A program made the position numbers and the translations under genes. From the NCBI GenBank assembly GCA_023819545.1, contig JAMWCA010000001.1, forward strand, positions 1 to 52,003: a stretch of DNA of 52,003 nt, written 5' to 3'. The notes under the pieces are model-generated. The model was given only the letters and a program-made list of their open reading frames with translations. It searched no databases and was not told the origin of the DNA. This DNA comes from Candidatus Omnitrophota bacterium (GTDB lineage: Bacteria > Ratteibacteria > UBA8468 > B48-G9 > JAFGKM01). Positions within the stretch are counted from its first letter, which is position 1. Every line of letters begins with the position of its first letter. Positions 1 to 8,083 of the stretch are shown piece by piece.

Positions 1-619
1 TGAATATGGAGATGGAATTAGTTGCGGTATTATAAGCGATGGCAGAGTAATTCATGGGATAGGTGGAGTTGCGGGTGAGTTTGGTCATATAAAAATAGTT
101 GGAAGAGATGAAATATGTAAATGTGGGAAAAAAGGATGTCTTGAAAGTATTGCAAGTGTTCCTAATATTTTAAATAATATCAAAGCAAAAACAGGAAAAA
201 TGTTAGATATATATTTAGTGCTTGAGAAATATAAATCTGGTGAACCTGAAATTAAAAAAATTATAGATGAAATTTTTGAAATATTTGCAGTTTCTATAGG
301 TAATTTAATTAATTTATTTAATCCAGAAATGATAATTTTTGATAAAAATTTTCTAATTTTTAAAGATTTCTTTGATTTGATTTTTGGGAAAATAAAAGCA
401 AATATGGTGTATAATTATCCTATAAAAATTGAAATATCTAATTTTGGAGAAGAAATAGGAGCAATCGGTGGTGCTTGTTTATCAATGAGGCATCGGGCTA
501 ATGCAGAAGAAGTATTTTTACACAGATTTACACATTTACCATTATACGATTTTAAAAAAGAGGATTTGAAATATATGGCAGATTCAATAATTGAGATTAT
601 AGAGGAAATGCAGAAATGA
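1..619 (+). CDS. ROK-family sugar kinase/repressor, C-terminal part (5' end outside window)
   Basis: Reading frame is open from position 2 and runs in frame into the listed 200..619 ORF. The upstream translation reads ...GGVAGEFGHIKIVGRDEICKCGKKGCLESIAS, which is the ROK GH motif plus the CxCGxxGCxE zinc site. Stop overlaps the ald start (ATGA at 616). Confidence 0.8.
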   Translation, partial: EYGDGISCGIISDGRVIHGIGGVAGEFGHIKIVGRDEICKCGKKGCLESIASVPNILNNIKAKTGKMLDIYLVLEKYKSGEPEIKKIIDEIFEIFAVSIGNLINLFNPEMIIFDKNFLIFKDFFDLIFGKIKANMVYNYPIKIEISNFGEEIGAIGGACLSMRHRANAEEVFLHRFTHLPLYDFKKEDLKYMADSIIEIIEEMQK

Positions 620-1683
620 TAATAGGTATACCAAAGGAAATAAAGGAAGAAGAATATAGAGTTGCGATTTTACCTAAAACAGTAAAAAAACTTGTAAAAA
701 AGAAGCATAAAGTTATTATAGAAAGGAATGCTGGTTTAGGTGCAGGGATAAAAGATATTGATTATGAGAAAAGTGGTGCAGAAATATGTGAAGAACATTC
801 TTATATTTTTAAAAATTCAGAATTGATTATTAAAGTTAAAGAACCATTACCTTTAGAATATGATTTACTTCAAGAAGGACAGATTTTATTTACATTCTTT
901 CACTTTTCTTCAAATAAAGAAATGACAGAAACTCTTATTAAAAAGAAAGCAACCTGTATCGCTTATGAACTTTTAGAAGAAAATGGTGTTTTTGTAATTT
1001 TAAAACCAATGAGTGAAATCGCAGGAAAATTGAGCGTTCAACAAGGTATGAAATATCTTGAAAAAGAATATGGTGGAAAAGGTATACTTCTTTCAGGAGC
1101 AGAAGGAGTAAAATGTGGTAAAGTCGTGATTTTAGGTGGCGGAAATGTTGGTTATAATGCTGCTAAAATTGCAGATTCAATTGGGGCAGAAGTTACAATT
1201 CTTGAAATAAATGAAGTAAGAATGAAGTTTCTAAAAAAAGTGCTTCCAAAAGTTAAAATACTCTATTCAAATGAAAAAAATATAAAAGATTCTATAAAAA
1301 AGGCGGACTTGATTATTGGGGCTGTTTTAATCCCTGGAAGAAGACCACCAAAACTTATAAAAAAAGAAGATTTAAAAATTATTGAAGAGGGAACAGTAAT
1401 GATTGATGTTTCTATAGATGAAGGTGGTGTTTTTGAGACAAGTCATCCAACTACACATAAACAACCAATTTATAATTATGAAGGAATTATTCATTATTGT
1501 GTACCTAATATTCCAGGTATAGTACCAAGGACTTCAACATTTGCTTTATGTAATGTAACAGAAAAATATATCTTACAACTCGCAAATAAAGGAATTAAAT
1601 CTATAGAAACATCTTATGGATTGAAAACAGGTCTTGCAATATTAAATGGAGAAATTGTTAATCCGAAATTAAAAATATTTTAA
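616..1683 (+). CDS. ald: L-alanine dehydrogenase (AlaDH/PNT family)
   Basis: 355 aa. N-terminus MIIGIPKEIKEEEYRVAILP and Rossmann motif VILGGGNVGYNAAKIA are typical of alanine dehydrogenase. No membrane part, which argues against a transhydrogenase subunit. Confidence 0.8.
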   Translation: MIIGIPKEIKEEEYRVAILPKTVKKLVKKKHKVIIERNAGLGAGIKDIDYEKSGAEICEEHSYIFKNSELIIKVKEPLPLEYDLLQEGQILFTFFHFSSNKEMTETLIKKKATCIAYELLEENGVFVILKPMSEIAGKLSVQQGMKYLEKEYGGKGILLSGAEGVKCGKVVILGGGNVGYNAAKIADSIGAEVTILEINEVRMKFLKKVLPKVKILYSNEKNIKDSIKKADLIIGAVLIPGRRPPKLIKKEDLKIIEEGTVMIDVSIDEGGVFETSHPTTHKQPIYNYEGIIHYCVPNIPGIVPRTSTFALCNVTEKYILQLANKGIKSIETSYGLKTGLAILNGEIVNPKLKIF

Positions 1684-1695
1684 CGATTAAAAATT

Positions 1696-1768
1696 TGGGC
1701 CGTGCAGGACTTGAACCTGCAGCCTACGGATTAAGAGTCCGCCGCTCTGCCAGTTGAGCTAACGGCCC
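1696..1768 (-). tRNA. tRNA-Lys (anticodon CTT)
   Basis: Reverse complement folds by hand into a cloverleaf: acceptor GGGCCGT/ACGGCCC, D arm GCTC..GAGC, anticodon stem GCGGA/TCCGT with loop CTCTTAA, T arm GCAGG-TTCAAGT-CCTGC. No encoded CCA. Confidence 0.9.
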
Positions 1769-1777
1769 TGTAAAAAA

Positions 1778-1851
1778 TGCGCCTGGCGCGACTTGAACGC
1801 GCAACCCTCTGCTTAGAAGGCAGATGCTCTATCCTATTGAGCTACAGGCGC
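1778..1851 (-). tRNA. tRNA-Arg (anticodon TCT)
   Basis: Reverse complement: acceptor GCGCCTG/CAGGCGC, D arm GCTC..GAGC, anticodon stem TCTGC/GCAGA with loop CTTCTAA, T arm GCGCG-TTCAAGT-CGCGC. 74 nt. Confidence 0.9.
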
Positions 1852-1860
1852 TTAATTAAT

Positions 1861-1889
1861 ATTTTAACAAGTATGCGACCGAAAGTCAA
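1861..1889 (-). promoter_or_regulatory. sigma70-type promoter for the tRNA-Arg/tRNA-Lys pair
   Basis: On the minus strand: TTGACT (1889..1884), 17-nt spacer, TAAAAT (1866..1861). The -10 ends 9 nt upstream of the tRNA-Arg 5' end. Confidence 0.6.
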
Positions 1890-1935
1890 TAAATCTATTT
1901 TTTCAAAAATATAATTTCATGATATAATTTAAAAT

Positions 1936-2193
1936 ATGAGAATGGTTTATATACTTTTAATTTTATTTTTATCTACTATGATTGGAACTTGTATAGGGGA
2001 GATGATTTTATTAATATTACCTCAACACACAACTTTTTATAATTTTTTCTCAAACCATATTTCTCCAATTTGGGAAATAAAACAGTTAGACCTTATCATT
2101 TTTAATCTTTCTTTTTCTATTCAATTTAGAATCAATTCCTTTTCTTTAATAGGTTTGGTAATCGGTTCTATATTTTCACTGAAGAAGGTATAA
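1936..2193 (+). CDS. small membrane protein, DUF4321-like
   Basis: 85 aa with two hydrophobic segments. The C-terminal pattern LDLIIFNLSFSIQFRINSFSLIGLVIGSIF matches my recollection of the DUF4321 family. Preceded by TGaTATAAT 7 nt upstream of the ATG and no SD. Confidence 0.5.
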   Translation: MRMVYILLILFLSTMIGTCIGEMILLILPQHTTFYNFFSNHISPIWEIKQLDLIIFNLSFSIQFRINSFSLIGLVIGSIFSLKKV

Positions 2194-2201
2194 TTTTAAA
2201 G

Positions 2202-3497
2202 ATGAACAAAAAATTTTTCATTAAGACATATGGATGTCAGATGAACTTTTATGACTCAGAAAGATTAAGAGTATTTTTGGAAAAAGAGGGATTTTGTGAA
2301 GTTAACAGTTTAGATGAAGCAGATTATATAATTGTAAATACTTGCTCGGTGAGAAAACATGCAGAAAATAGAGCCATTTCTTTTTTAAGTTCAATAAAGA
2401 ATTCCAAGAACAATAAAAAATTTTGTCTTGTAGGATGTATCCCTGGATTATATAAAGATGAAATTTTTAAAAAATATGATTTTATAGATATAATTTGTGG
2501 ACCTAATTCATATAAAAAGTTTGTTGAAAGTTTAAAAATTTATAAAGAAGGGAAAATGGTTATATTAGAAGAAGATAAGGATTTTTTTACAGATTTTATA
2601 CTACCATTAAAAGATAGAAAAACTTCTTGTTTTATTACAATCACAAAAGGATGTGAAAATTTCTGTTCTTATTGTGTTGTCCCATATACAAGAGGAAAAC
2701 TTGTAAGTAAACCGGTTAGAATAATAATAGAAGAAGTAAAAAAAGTTATTGAACAGGGAGTTAAAGAAATTATCTTAATAGGACAAAATGTGAACGAATA
2801 TGGGAAAGATATAGGAGAAAATTTTGTTGATTTACTTTATAAAGTTCATAATATTGAAGGAATTAATAGAATTGGTTTTTTAACTTCTCACCCTAAGGAT
2901 ATACAAGATGAATTAATTGAGTGCTTTGTAAATCTTTCAAAACTTTACAAACATCTTCACCTTCCAGTACAATCAGGTTCAAATAAAATTCTAAAACTTA
3001 TGAATAGAAATTATACAGTTGAAAAATATATAGAAATTGTTGAAAAAGCAAGGAGTAAAGTTAAAGATATTTCAATTACTTCTGATATTATTGTTGGTTT
3101 CCCTTATGAAAAAGAAGAAGATTTTCAGGAGACATATAATCTTATAGAAAAAATTCAATTTGATGAACTTTATATTTTCAAATATTCTCCAAGACCTAAA
3201 ACAACTGCTAATAGATTTCCGGACAATGTGCCTCAGAAGGATAAAGAAAGAAGGCATTCTTTAATTTTAAATTTACAGGACAAAATATCATTATTTAAAA
3301 ACAAAGAAATGGAAGGGAAAATTGAAGATGTTTTTATAAAGGAAAAAAGTTATAAAAAGAAAAGTTTCTATATTGGAAGAACAACTAATAATAAACCTGT
3401 CCTTATTAATTTAGAGAAAGATTTATTGGGTGAAATTATAAAGGTTAAAATTAAAGAAGGATTAAGACATTATTTAATTGGTGAAACTTTGTGGTAA
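2202..3497 (+). CDS. miaB: tRNA-i6A37 methylthiotransferase (MiaB family radical SAM)
   Basis: 431 aa. N-terminal UPF0004 motif YGCQMNFYDSE, radical SAM cluster CENFCSYC, C-terminal TRAM-like tail. Confidence 0.85.
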   Translation: MNKKFFIKTYGCQMNFYDSERLRVFLEKEGFCEVNSLDEADYIIVNTCSVRKHAENRAISFLSSIKNSKNNKKFCLVGCIPGLYKDEIFKKYDFIDIICGPNSYKKFVESLKIYKEGKMVILEEDKDFFTDFILPLKDRKTSCFITITKGCENFCSYCVVPYTRGKLVSKPVRIIIEEVKKVIEQGVKEIILIGQNVNEYGKDIGENFVDLLYKVHNIEGINRIGFLTSHPKDIQDELIECFVNLSKLYKHLHLPVQSGSNKILKLMNRNYTVEKYIEIVEKARSKVKDISITSDIIVGFPYEKEEDFQETYNLIEKIQFDELYIFKYSPRPKTTANRFPDNVPQKDKERRHSLILNLQDKISLFKNKEMEGKIEDVFIKEKSYKKKSFYIGRTTNNKPVLINLEKDLLGEIIKVKIKEGLRHYLIGETLW

Positions 3498-3949
3498 TAA
3501 TAGATTACAAATATTACACAGAAAACAAGGAAAAGAGAAAAAATGACTTTATGGATACTAATTTGTTCAGTGTATTTTTCTCCTTTCAAAACCACTTCAA
3601 TTTTCATCACATGTATATCTCTTTTTCCTAAATGAAATGGGCAGTTTTCATAATAAATTCCCTCTATTTCAACAATATCACCTTTAACTTTATACCTTCC
3701 TAAATTTTCAATTATTTCTGACATTTTTTTATCTAAGATAACTCCAATAACATAATCTTCATTTTCATCTTTAATATTAATGCAAATTTCTTTCCCTCTT
3801 CTTATTTTTTCTCCTATTGCTTCTCCTCTAATTCTTACTATTTTGTTATCATACCTTTTACTTTTTTGATATAAATCTTTAATATTTACAAGATTTTCTG
3901 AAAATAAGAACAAATTGATGAGAAAATAAAGTATAAAAAATTTTTTCAT
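3470..3949 (-). CDS. membrane-anchored secreted protein with OB-fold-like core, unknown function, last gene of the trk operon
   Basis: 159 aa. Has an N-terminal signal/anchor (MKKFFILYFLINLFLFS), a beta-rich core (VRIRGEAIG...YKVKGDIVEIEGIYY) and a C-terminal TM (VIFSLFLVFCVIFVIYYY). Start overlaps the trkH stop (ATGA at 3946-3949) with AGGAG upstream. The OB/BOF assignment is an inference. Confidence 0.55.
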   Translation of the reverse strand: MKKFFILYFLINLFLFSENLVNIKDLYQKSKRYDNKIVRIRGEAIGEKIRRGKEICINIKDENEDYVIGVILDKKMSEIIENLGRYKVKGDIVEIEGIYYENCPFHLGKRDIHVMKIEVVLKGEKYTEQISIHKVIFSLFLVFCVIFVIYYYHKVSPIK

Positions 3950-5442
3950 TCAGGACTCCTTAAAGATATCAAATAACTTATAAAAACAAAAAAAATCATA
4001 AATTCCAATCTTCCCATATACATTTCCATAATGTATACAATTTTTAGCAAATTTGGCATTGATGGTCCTGTTATTCCAACAGAAAGTCCGACATTAGCAC
4101 ATGCAGATGTTGATTCAAAAAGTGAATGTAAAAATGGGTATCCATAAGTAGTTCCAATTATTCCGCCTAAAAGATAGGTAAAAATATATAATATTGTTAT
4201 TACAGAGGATGTTTTAATATGGGAATCAGCTAATTGAATATCTCTTATATGATGAAATTTTTCAAAAACAATAGCAGAACCAGGAGAAGTATAAATTTTT
4301 ATTTCCTTTTTGATTTCTTTAATTATAAAAAGAACTCTTAGCATCTTGATACCTCCAGATGTAGAGCAAGAACAACCTCCAAGTCCCATTGCAATAATAA
4401 CAAATAAAAGAGAGATTTCAGGCCAATTTTTTAAAAAAAACGAGTCAGAATTTGTATATCCAACTCCTGTATGTCCAGAGACAATGTGATAAAAGACAAA
4501 TCTAAGATTTGAAAGAAAATTCTGTTCTGGTGTTACTTTTACATATCCCCAGAATGCAAAAAATGTTAAAATCAATATACTTATCAAGAAAACTTTTAAT
4601 TCATCATCTCTATAAATTTCTCTAAATTTTCCTGTCCAGACAACATAATGAAGTCCAAAATTTATTGCGCCTAACAATACAATTATTAAAGTTATTATTT
4701 CAATTATTGGATTATGATAATACGATATATTTTGTGATTGCACTGCAAAACCAGCAGTATCCCAACCAGCCATAAATATACATATTGCATGAAAAAAAGC
4801 ACGAGGGGGGGAAAAACCATGAATAATGTTTATTATTCCTATAAATAAGGTAAAGATTAGCATATAAGAGATACTAACAAGCCATATAAATTTAGCTGTT
4901 TGAACAACATTAGGAAGTATTTTTTCTTCCCTTGCTTCTCCAACATATATTTTAAATGCACTTGAACCTTTAAAGAATATCAATATACCTGCAACAATAA
5001 TGCCCTGTCCACCGATAAAACACATAAAATGACGCCAAAAGTTATAGCAATGAGCCATATGATCAAGATCTTTAACCAAAATAAGTCCAGTTGTTGCAAA
5101 AGCACTCATTGATTCAAAGCAAGCATCTAAATACGAATTATAATGGCCTGATAGAAAAAGAGGGATAGCGCCTATAAACATATAAATTAACCATATTAAT
5201 GAGGTAATACTCATACTCTGTCGCCAGTTTAACTCTGTTTCTTCTGTAAAGATTGTAATTAAGGAATATCCTAAGAAAATTGAAAAAAGAGATACGATAA
5301 CGAAATCAAGAGATGCATTCCATTCTTTAAAAATTAATCCAATAAATAAAGGGACAAGCATTAAAAATCCTAAAAGAATTATCAATTTTCCTGTATAATG
5401 TAAAATTCCCTTTAAATCATCTCTGGAAAATTGAGGTATCAT
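3946..5442 (-). CDS. trkH: TrkH/KtrB-family potassium uptake membrane subunit
   Basis: 498 aa polytopic membrane protein with TrkH-like repeated pore segments (e.g. TTGLILV, GGCSCSTSGGIKMLR, ACANVGLSVG). Confidence 0.85.
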   Translation of the reverse strand: MIPQFSRDDLKGILHYTGKLIILLGFLMLVPLFIGLIFKEWNASLDFVIVSLFSIFLGYSLITIFTEETELNWRQSMSITSLIWLIYMFIGAIPLFLSGHYNSYLDACFESMSAFATTGLILVKDLDHMAHCYNFWRHFMCFIGGQGIIVAGILIFFKGSSAFKIYVGEAREEKILPNVVQTAKFIWLVSISYMLIFTLFIGIINIIHGFSPPRAFFHAICIFMAGWDTAGFAVQSQNISYYHNPIIEIITLIIVLLGAINFGLHYVVWTGKFREIYRDDELKVFLISILILTFFAFWGYVKVTPEQNFLSNLRFVFYHIVSGHTGVGYTNSDSFFLKNWPEISLLFVIIAMGLGGCSCSTSGGIKMLRVLFIIKEIKKEIKIYTSPGSAIVFEKFHHIRDIQLADSHIKTSSVITILYIFTYLLGGIIGTTYGYPFLHSLFESTSACANVGLSVGITGPSMPNLLKIVYIMEMYMGRLEFMIFFVFISYLISLRSPE

Positions 5443-5449
5443 TTTTAGG

Positions 5450-5584
5450 TTATTTTATTAAAATAAAAAGAAAAAGATTTGAAAAAAATATAATTACGAA
5501 AAAAAATAAAAGATAAATAATTTCTAATAAAATTCCAGTTATACTATTTCCTAAAATTCGGAGATATTTGAAAACTTTTCTCAT
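5450..5584 (-). CDS. candidate 44-aa hydrophobic micro-protein between trkA and trkH (not in ORF track)
   Basis: Hand translation of the minus strand gives MRKVFKYLRILGNSITGILLEIIYLLFFFVIIFFSNLFLFILIK*. Its ATG overlaps the trkA stop (ATGA, 5581-5584) and its TAA lies 7 nt before the SD-less trkH ATG. The frame stays open for 44 codons through almost pure A/T sequence. Confidence 0.4.
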   Translation of the reverse strand: MRKVFKYLRILGNSITGILLEIIYLLFFFVIIFFSNLFLFILIK

Positions 5585-6249
5585 TTTTCTTCAACTTCTC
5601 CTATTAATGAATTAAGTAAAAGAGATTCATTTTCTACTTTTGTAATTGCAATAACCTCATCATTTTCTAAAAAGACAAATTCATCTTTTGGAATTATAAA
5701 CTCATCTTCTCTTATTATTGCAACAATAACAGAATCCTCTGGAAGTTGAATTTCTTTAAACTTTTTGTTTATTATTGGAGAAGTTTCAGGCAAATCAATT
5801 CTTAAAATTGATAATTTTCCCCTTTTAAAAGTAAAAAGTGTAACAAAATCTTCCCAATTTACTTCTTCTTCTATAACTTTTGCAAGTAAAGATGTGCCAC
5901 TTATTGCAACATCCACACCAAGTTCATAAAATGTTTTTTCATCTTTTGGATTATTTATTCTTGCAACAACTCTTTTAACATTAAATATCTCCTTTGCTAT
6001 CTGACATATGATTAAATTATCTTCGTCATTTCCTGTAACTGCTGCAACCACATCTGCTTTTTTAATCCCTGCTTTTTTTAAAATTTCAGGGTTACATCCA
6101 TCTCCATTTATAACAAGACAATTTAATTTTTCTGCAACCTTTTCACTTAATTTTGGTTCTTTTTCTATCAAAACTACATAATTTTTATCACTCAATCTTT
6201 CAGCAAGATAATATCCAACATTACCAGCCCCAACAATTATTACATTCAT
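5581..6249 (-). CDS. trkA: Trk/Ktr system NAD-binding regulatory subunit (TrkA-N + TrkA-C)
   Basis: 222 aa with IVGAGNVGYYLA Rossmann motif and a C-terminal RCK_C-like domain. Overlaps the upstream paralog by 4 nt. Confidence 0.85.
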   Translation of the reverse strand: MNVIIVGAGNVGYYLAERLSDKNYVVLIEKEPKLSEKVAEKLNCLVINGDGCNPEILKKAGIKKADVVAAVTGNDEDNLIICQIAKEIFNVKRVVARINNPKDEKTFYELGVDVAISGTSLLAKVIEEEVNWEDFVTLFTFKRGKLSILRIDLPETSPIINKKFKEIQLPEDSVIVAIIREDEFIIPKDEFVFLENDEVIAITKVENESLLLNSLIGEVEEK

Positions 6250-6878
6250 AATTTCAAAATCCTTTTCATTTTATTCAAAAGATTTTTTTTAGTTATACCT
6301 ATAATTATATCACCTTTTTCAATTATAAAATTATCATCAGGTATAATACTTTTATCATTTTTGATTACAGCAATTGGTATCAACTCTTCTCTTCTTATTT
6401 CATTAATTTTTTTATTTATGAAAATTTCACTATTTATCTCAACAATTGTAAGGTCACCATTTTCTATTAAGTGTTTTATGGCAACTTTTTTACTTAATCC
6501 GTCTTTTAGAAGTGATGCAATTATAGATGTAGTATTTATAGTTTCTATGCCAAGATACTCACATATTTCTTCTTTCTCAGGATCAGAAATTCTAATTATT
6601 ACTTTTGATATGTTGAATTTCTTTTTTGCTATTTGCCCTATTACTATATTTGCATTATCATTACTTGTTACTACTGCTATAGCATCTGCTTTTTCTATTC
6701 CTGCTTCTTTAAGTACATCTATATCAAGTCCATCTCCTACAAAAATAGAACCATTAAAATCTCTTAATTTTTCAAAACTTTTTTCTTCTTTATCAACTAC
6801 AACAACATTGTGGTCTTTATCAAGTAATTTTGCTAAATAAGCACCAATTTTCCCACATCCAATAATAATTATATACAT
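6246..6878 (-). CDS. trkA: Trk/Ktr system NAD-binding regulatory subunit, second paralog
   Basis: 210 aa with IIGCGKIGAYLA Rossmann motif and an RCK_C-like C-terminus. Confidence 0.85.
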   Translation of the reverse strand: MYIIIIGCGKIGAYLAKLLDKDHNVVVVDKEEKSFEKLRDFNGSIFVGDGLDIDVLKEAGIEKADAIAVVTSNDNANIVIGQIAKKKFNISKVIIRISDPEKEEICEYLGIETINTTSIIASLLKDGLSKKVAIKHLIENGDLTIVEINSEIFINKKINEIRREELIPIAVIKNDKSIIPDDNFIIEKGDIIIGITKKNLLNKMKRILKL

Positions 6879-8083
6879 TGTTTTAAAAGTGTCTTAATAA
6901 ATTGGTCTTTTTCAAGATAACCAAATTTCCCAGATTTACAACTTTCTTCATCAAATCTTTCTACATTATCTGGTTTTTCTTCTGGTGAATAAATTGAAAA
7001 AGGGACATAACCTTGTTTATGTGATCTAATTTTTACAGGTGTATAATGGTCTGGAAGAACTGCAATACAATGAGATTTCATATCTATATTTTCAAGTATA
7101 ATTCTAACCAATCTTCTATCAAAATCTTCAATACATTTTATTTTTAATTCAAGATTTCCGTCATGACTTGCTTCATCAATTCCCTCAACATGAACATAAA
7201 CAAAATCATGATTTTTCAAAGCATCAATTGCATATTTTGCTTTTCCTTCATAGTTTGTATTCCAAAGTCCTGTTGCTCCAGGGACATTTATTACTTCAAA
7301 ACCAATCATCTTCCCTATACCTTTAATTAAATCTACTGCTGAAATTATTGAACCTTTGATTCTGAATTTATCATAAAATTTTTCTAAGTTTGCTTTTCTA
7401 CCAGGAGACCAAGGCCAGATGTAATTTGCTTTTTCTTTTCCTTCTTTTTCTCTTTTTAAATTTACAGGATGGTTTTCAAGATATTTGTTTGAATCAATTA
7501 TTAAATCATTTAAAAATTTTGCCGTTTTTTTTCCTTTTTCTGTTTTACCTTCAACCATGATTTTTTCTATCTCATAACCCTGATAATCATGAGGTGGATA
7601 GCACTTTATTTCCTCTGAAAAATCATTTTTAAGAATTAGAATATTTTTAAAACCTAAACCTGAATAAAATTTAACTCTTTCATTTCCTAATTTTTTATTT
7701 AAAAAATCAATCAATTCAATACTTTCTTCTTTTGAGATGTAACCTGCCGAATAACTTTTAATTTTGCCTTCATAGACATTTATAAAATTACATCTGAAAG
7801 CAATCTCTCCCTCTTTGAGTTCAATCCCATTTGAATATGCTTCAAGTACCCCTCTACCAGTATAAACTTTTTTAGGGTCATATCCAAGTATAGAAAGATT
7901 TGCAACCCCTGAATCTGTAATAAAGTCATCTGGTATGGTTTTAAACATTCCTGAGCACCCAATTTTTGTTAAATAATCTATATTTGGTTTATTGGCTACT
8001 TGCAAAGGTGTCTTATTATTCAATTCTTCTATGGGTAAATCTGCTGCTCCATCCATAATCAAAACTATATATTTGTATTTCAT
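6869..8083 (-). CDS. apgM-family metalloenzyme: cofactor-independent phosphoglycerate mutase homolog, possibly the 'proposed homoserine kinase' type
   Basis: 404 aa. N-terminus YIVLIMDGAADLP...KTPLQVANKPNIDYL and ...VHVEGIDEASHDG... are typical of archaeal-type iPGM-like metalloenzymes. Start overlaps the thrC stop (ATGA at 8080-8083). Confidence 0.75.
   Translation of the reverse strand: MKYKYIVLIMDGAADLPIEELNNKTPLQVANKPNIDYLTKIGCSGMFKTIPDDFITDSGVANLSILGYDPKKVYTGRGVLEAYSNGIELKEGEIAFRCNFINVYEGKIKSYSAGYISKEESIELIDFLNKKLGNERVKFYSGLGFKNILILKNDFSEEIKCYPPHDYQGYEIEKIMVEGKTEKGKKTAKFLNDLIIDSNKYLENHPVNLKREKEGKEKANYIWPWSPGRKANLEKFYDKFRIKGSIISAVDLIKGIGKMIGFEVINVPGATGLWNTNYEGKAKYAIDALKNHDFVYVHVEGIDEASHDGNLELKIKCIEDFDRRLVRIILENIDMKSHCIAVLPDHYTPVKIRSHKQGYVPFSIYSPEEKPDNVERFDEESCKSGKFGYLEKDQFIKTLLKQCI

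Noticed and set aside
3072-3257. 61-aa minus-strand ORF inside miaB, and similar 60-79-aa ORFs (7780-7962, 11569-11751, 15722-15904, 24440-24676, 32157-32578, 34469-34654, 35608-35847, 38339-39179, 39263-39445, 49190-49372, 51097-51294)
   Set aside because: All are nested in, or out of frame with, strongly supported genes. They lack RBS or start context and translate to low-complexity sequence.
5443-5580. Possible c-di-AMP (ydaO-type) or other riboswitch in the trkA-trkH spacer, since K+ transporters are often riboswitch-controlled
   Set aside because: The spacer is almost pure A/T, with no G/C-containing helices or conserved riboswitch motifs. A continuous 44-codon ORF coupled to both flanking genes explains it better.
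6361-6840. 159-aa ORF on the plus strand, long for such an AT-rich genome
   Set aside because: It lies entirely antisense within the well-supported second trkA paralog. Its translation is low-complexity Ser/Ile/Leu/Phe-rich, with no start context or motif. It is a shadow ORF. The same applies to 10479-11018, 13726-14061, 18344-18709, 21150-21359, 43914-44204, 46152-46337, 48582-48899, 49406-49720 and 50195-50458.
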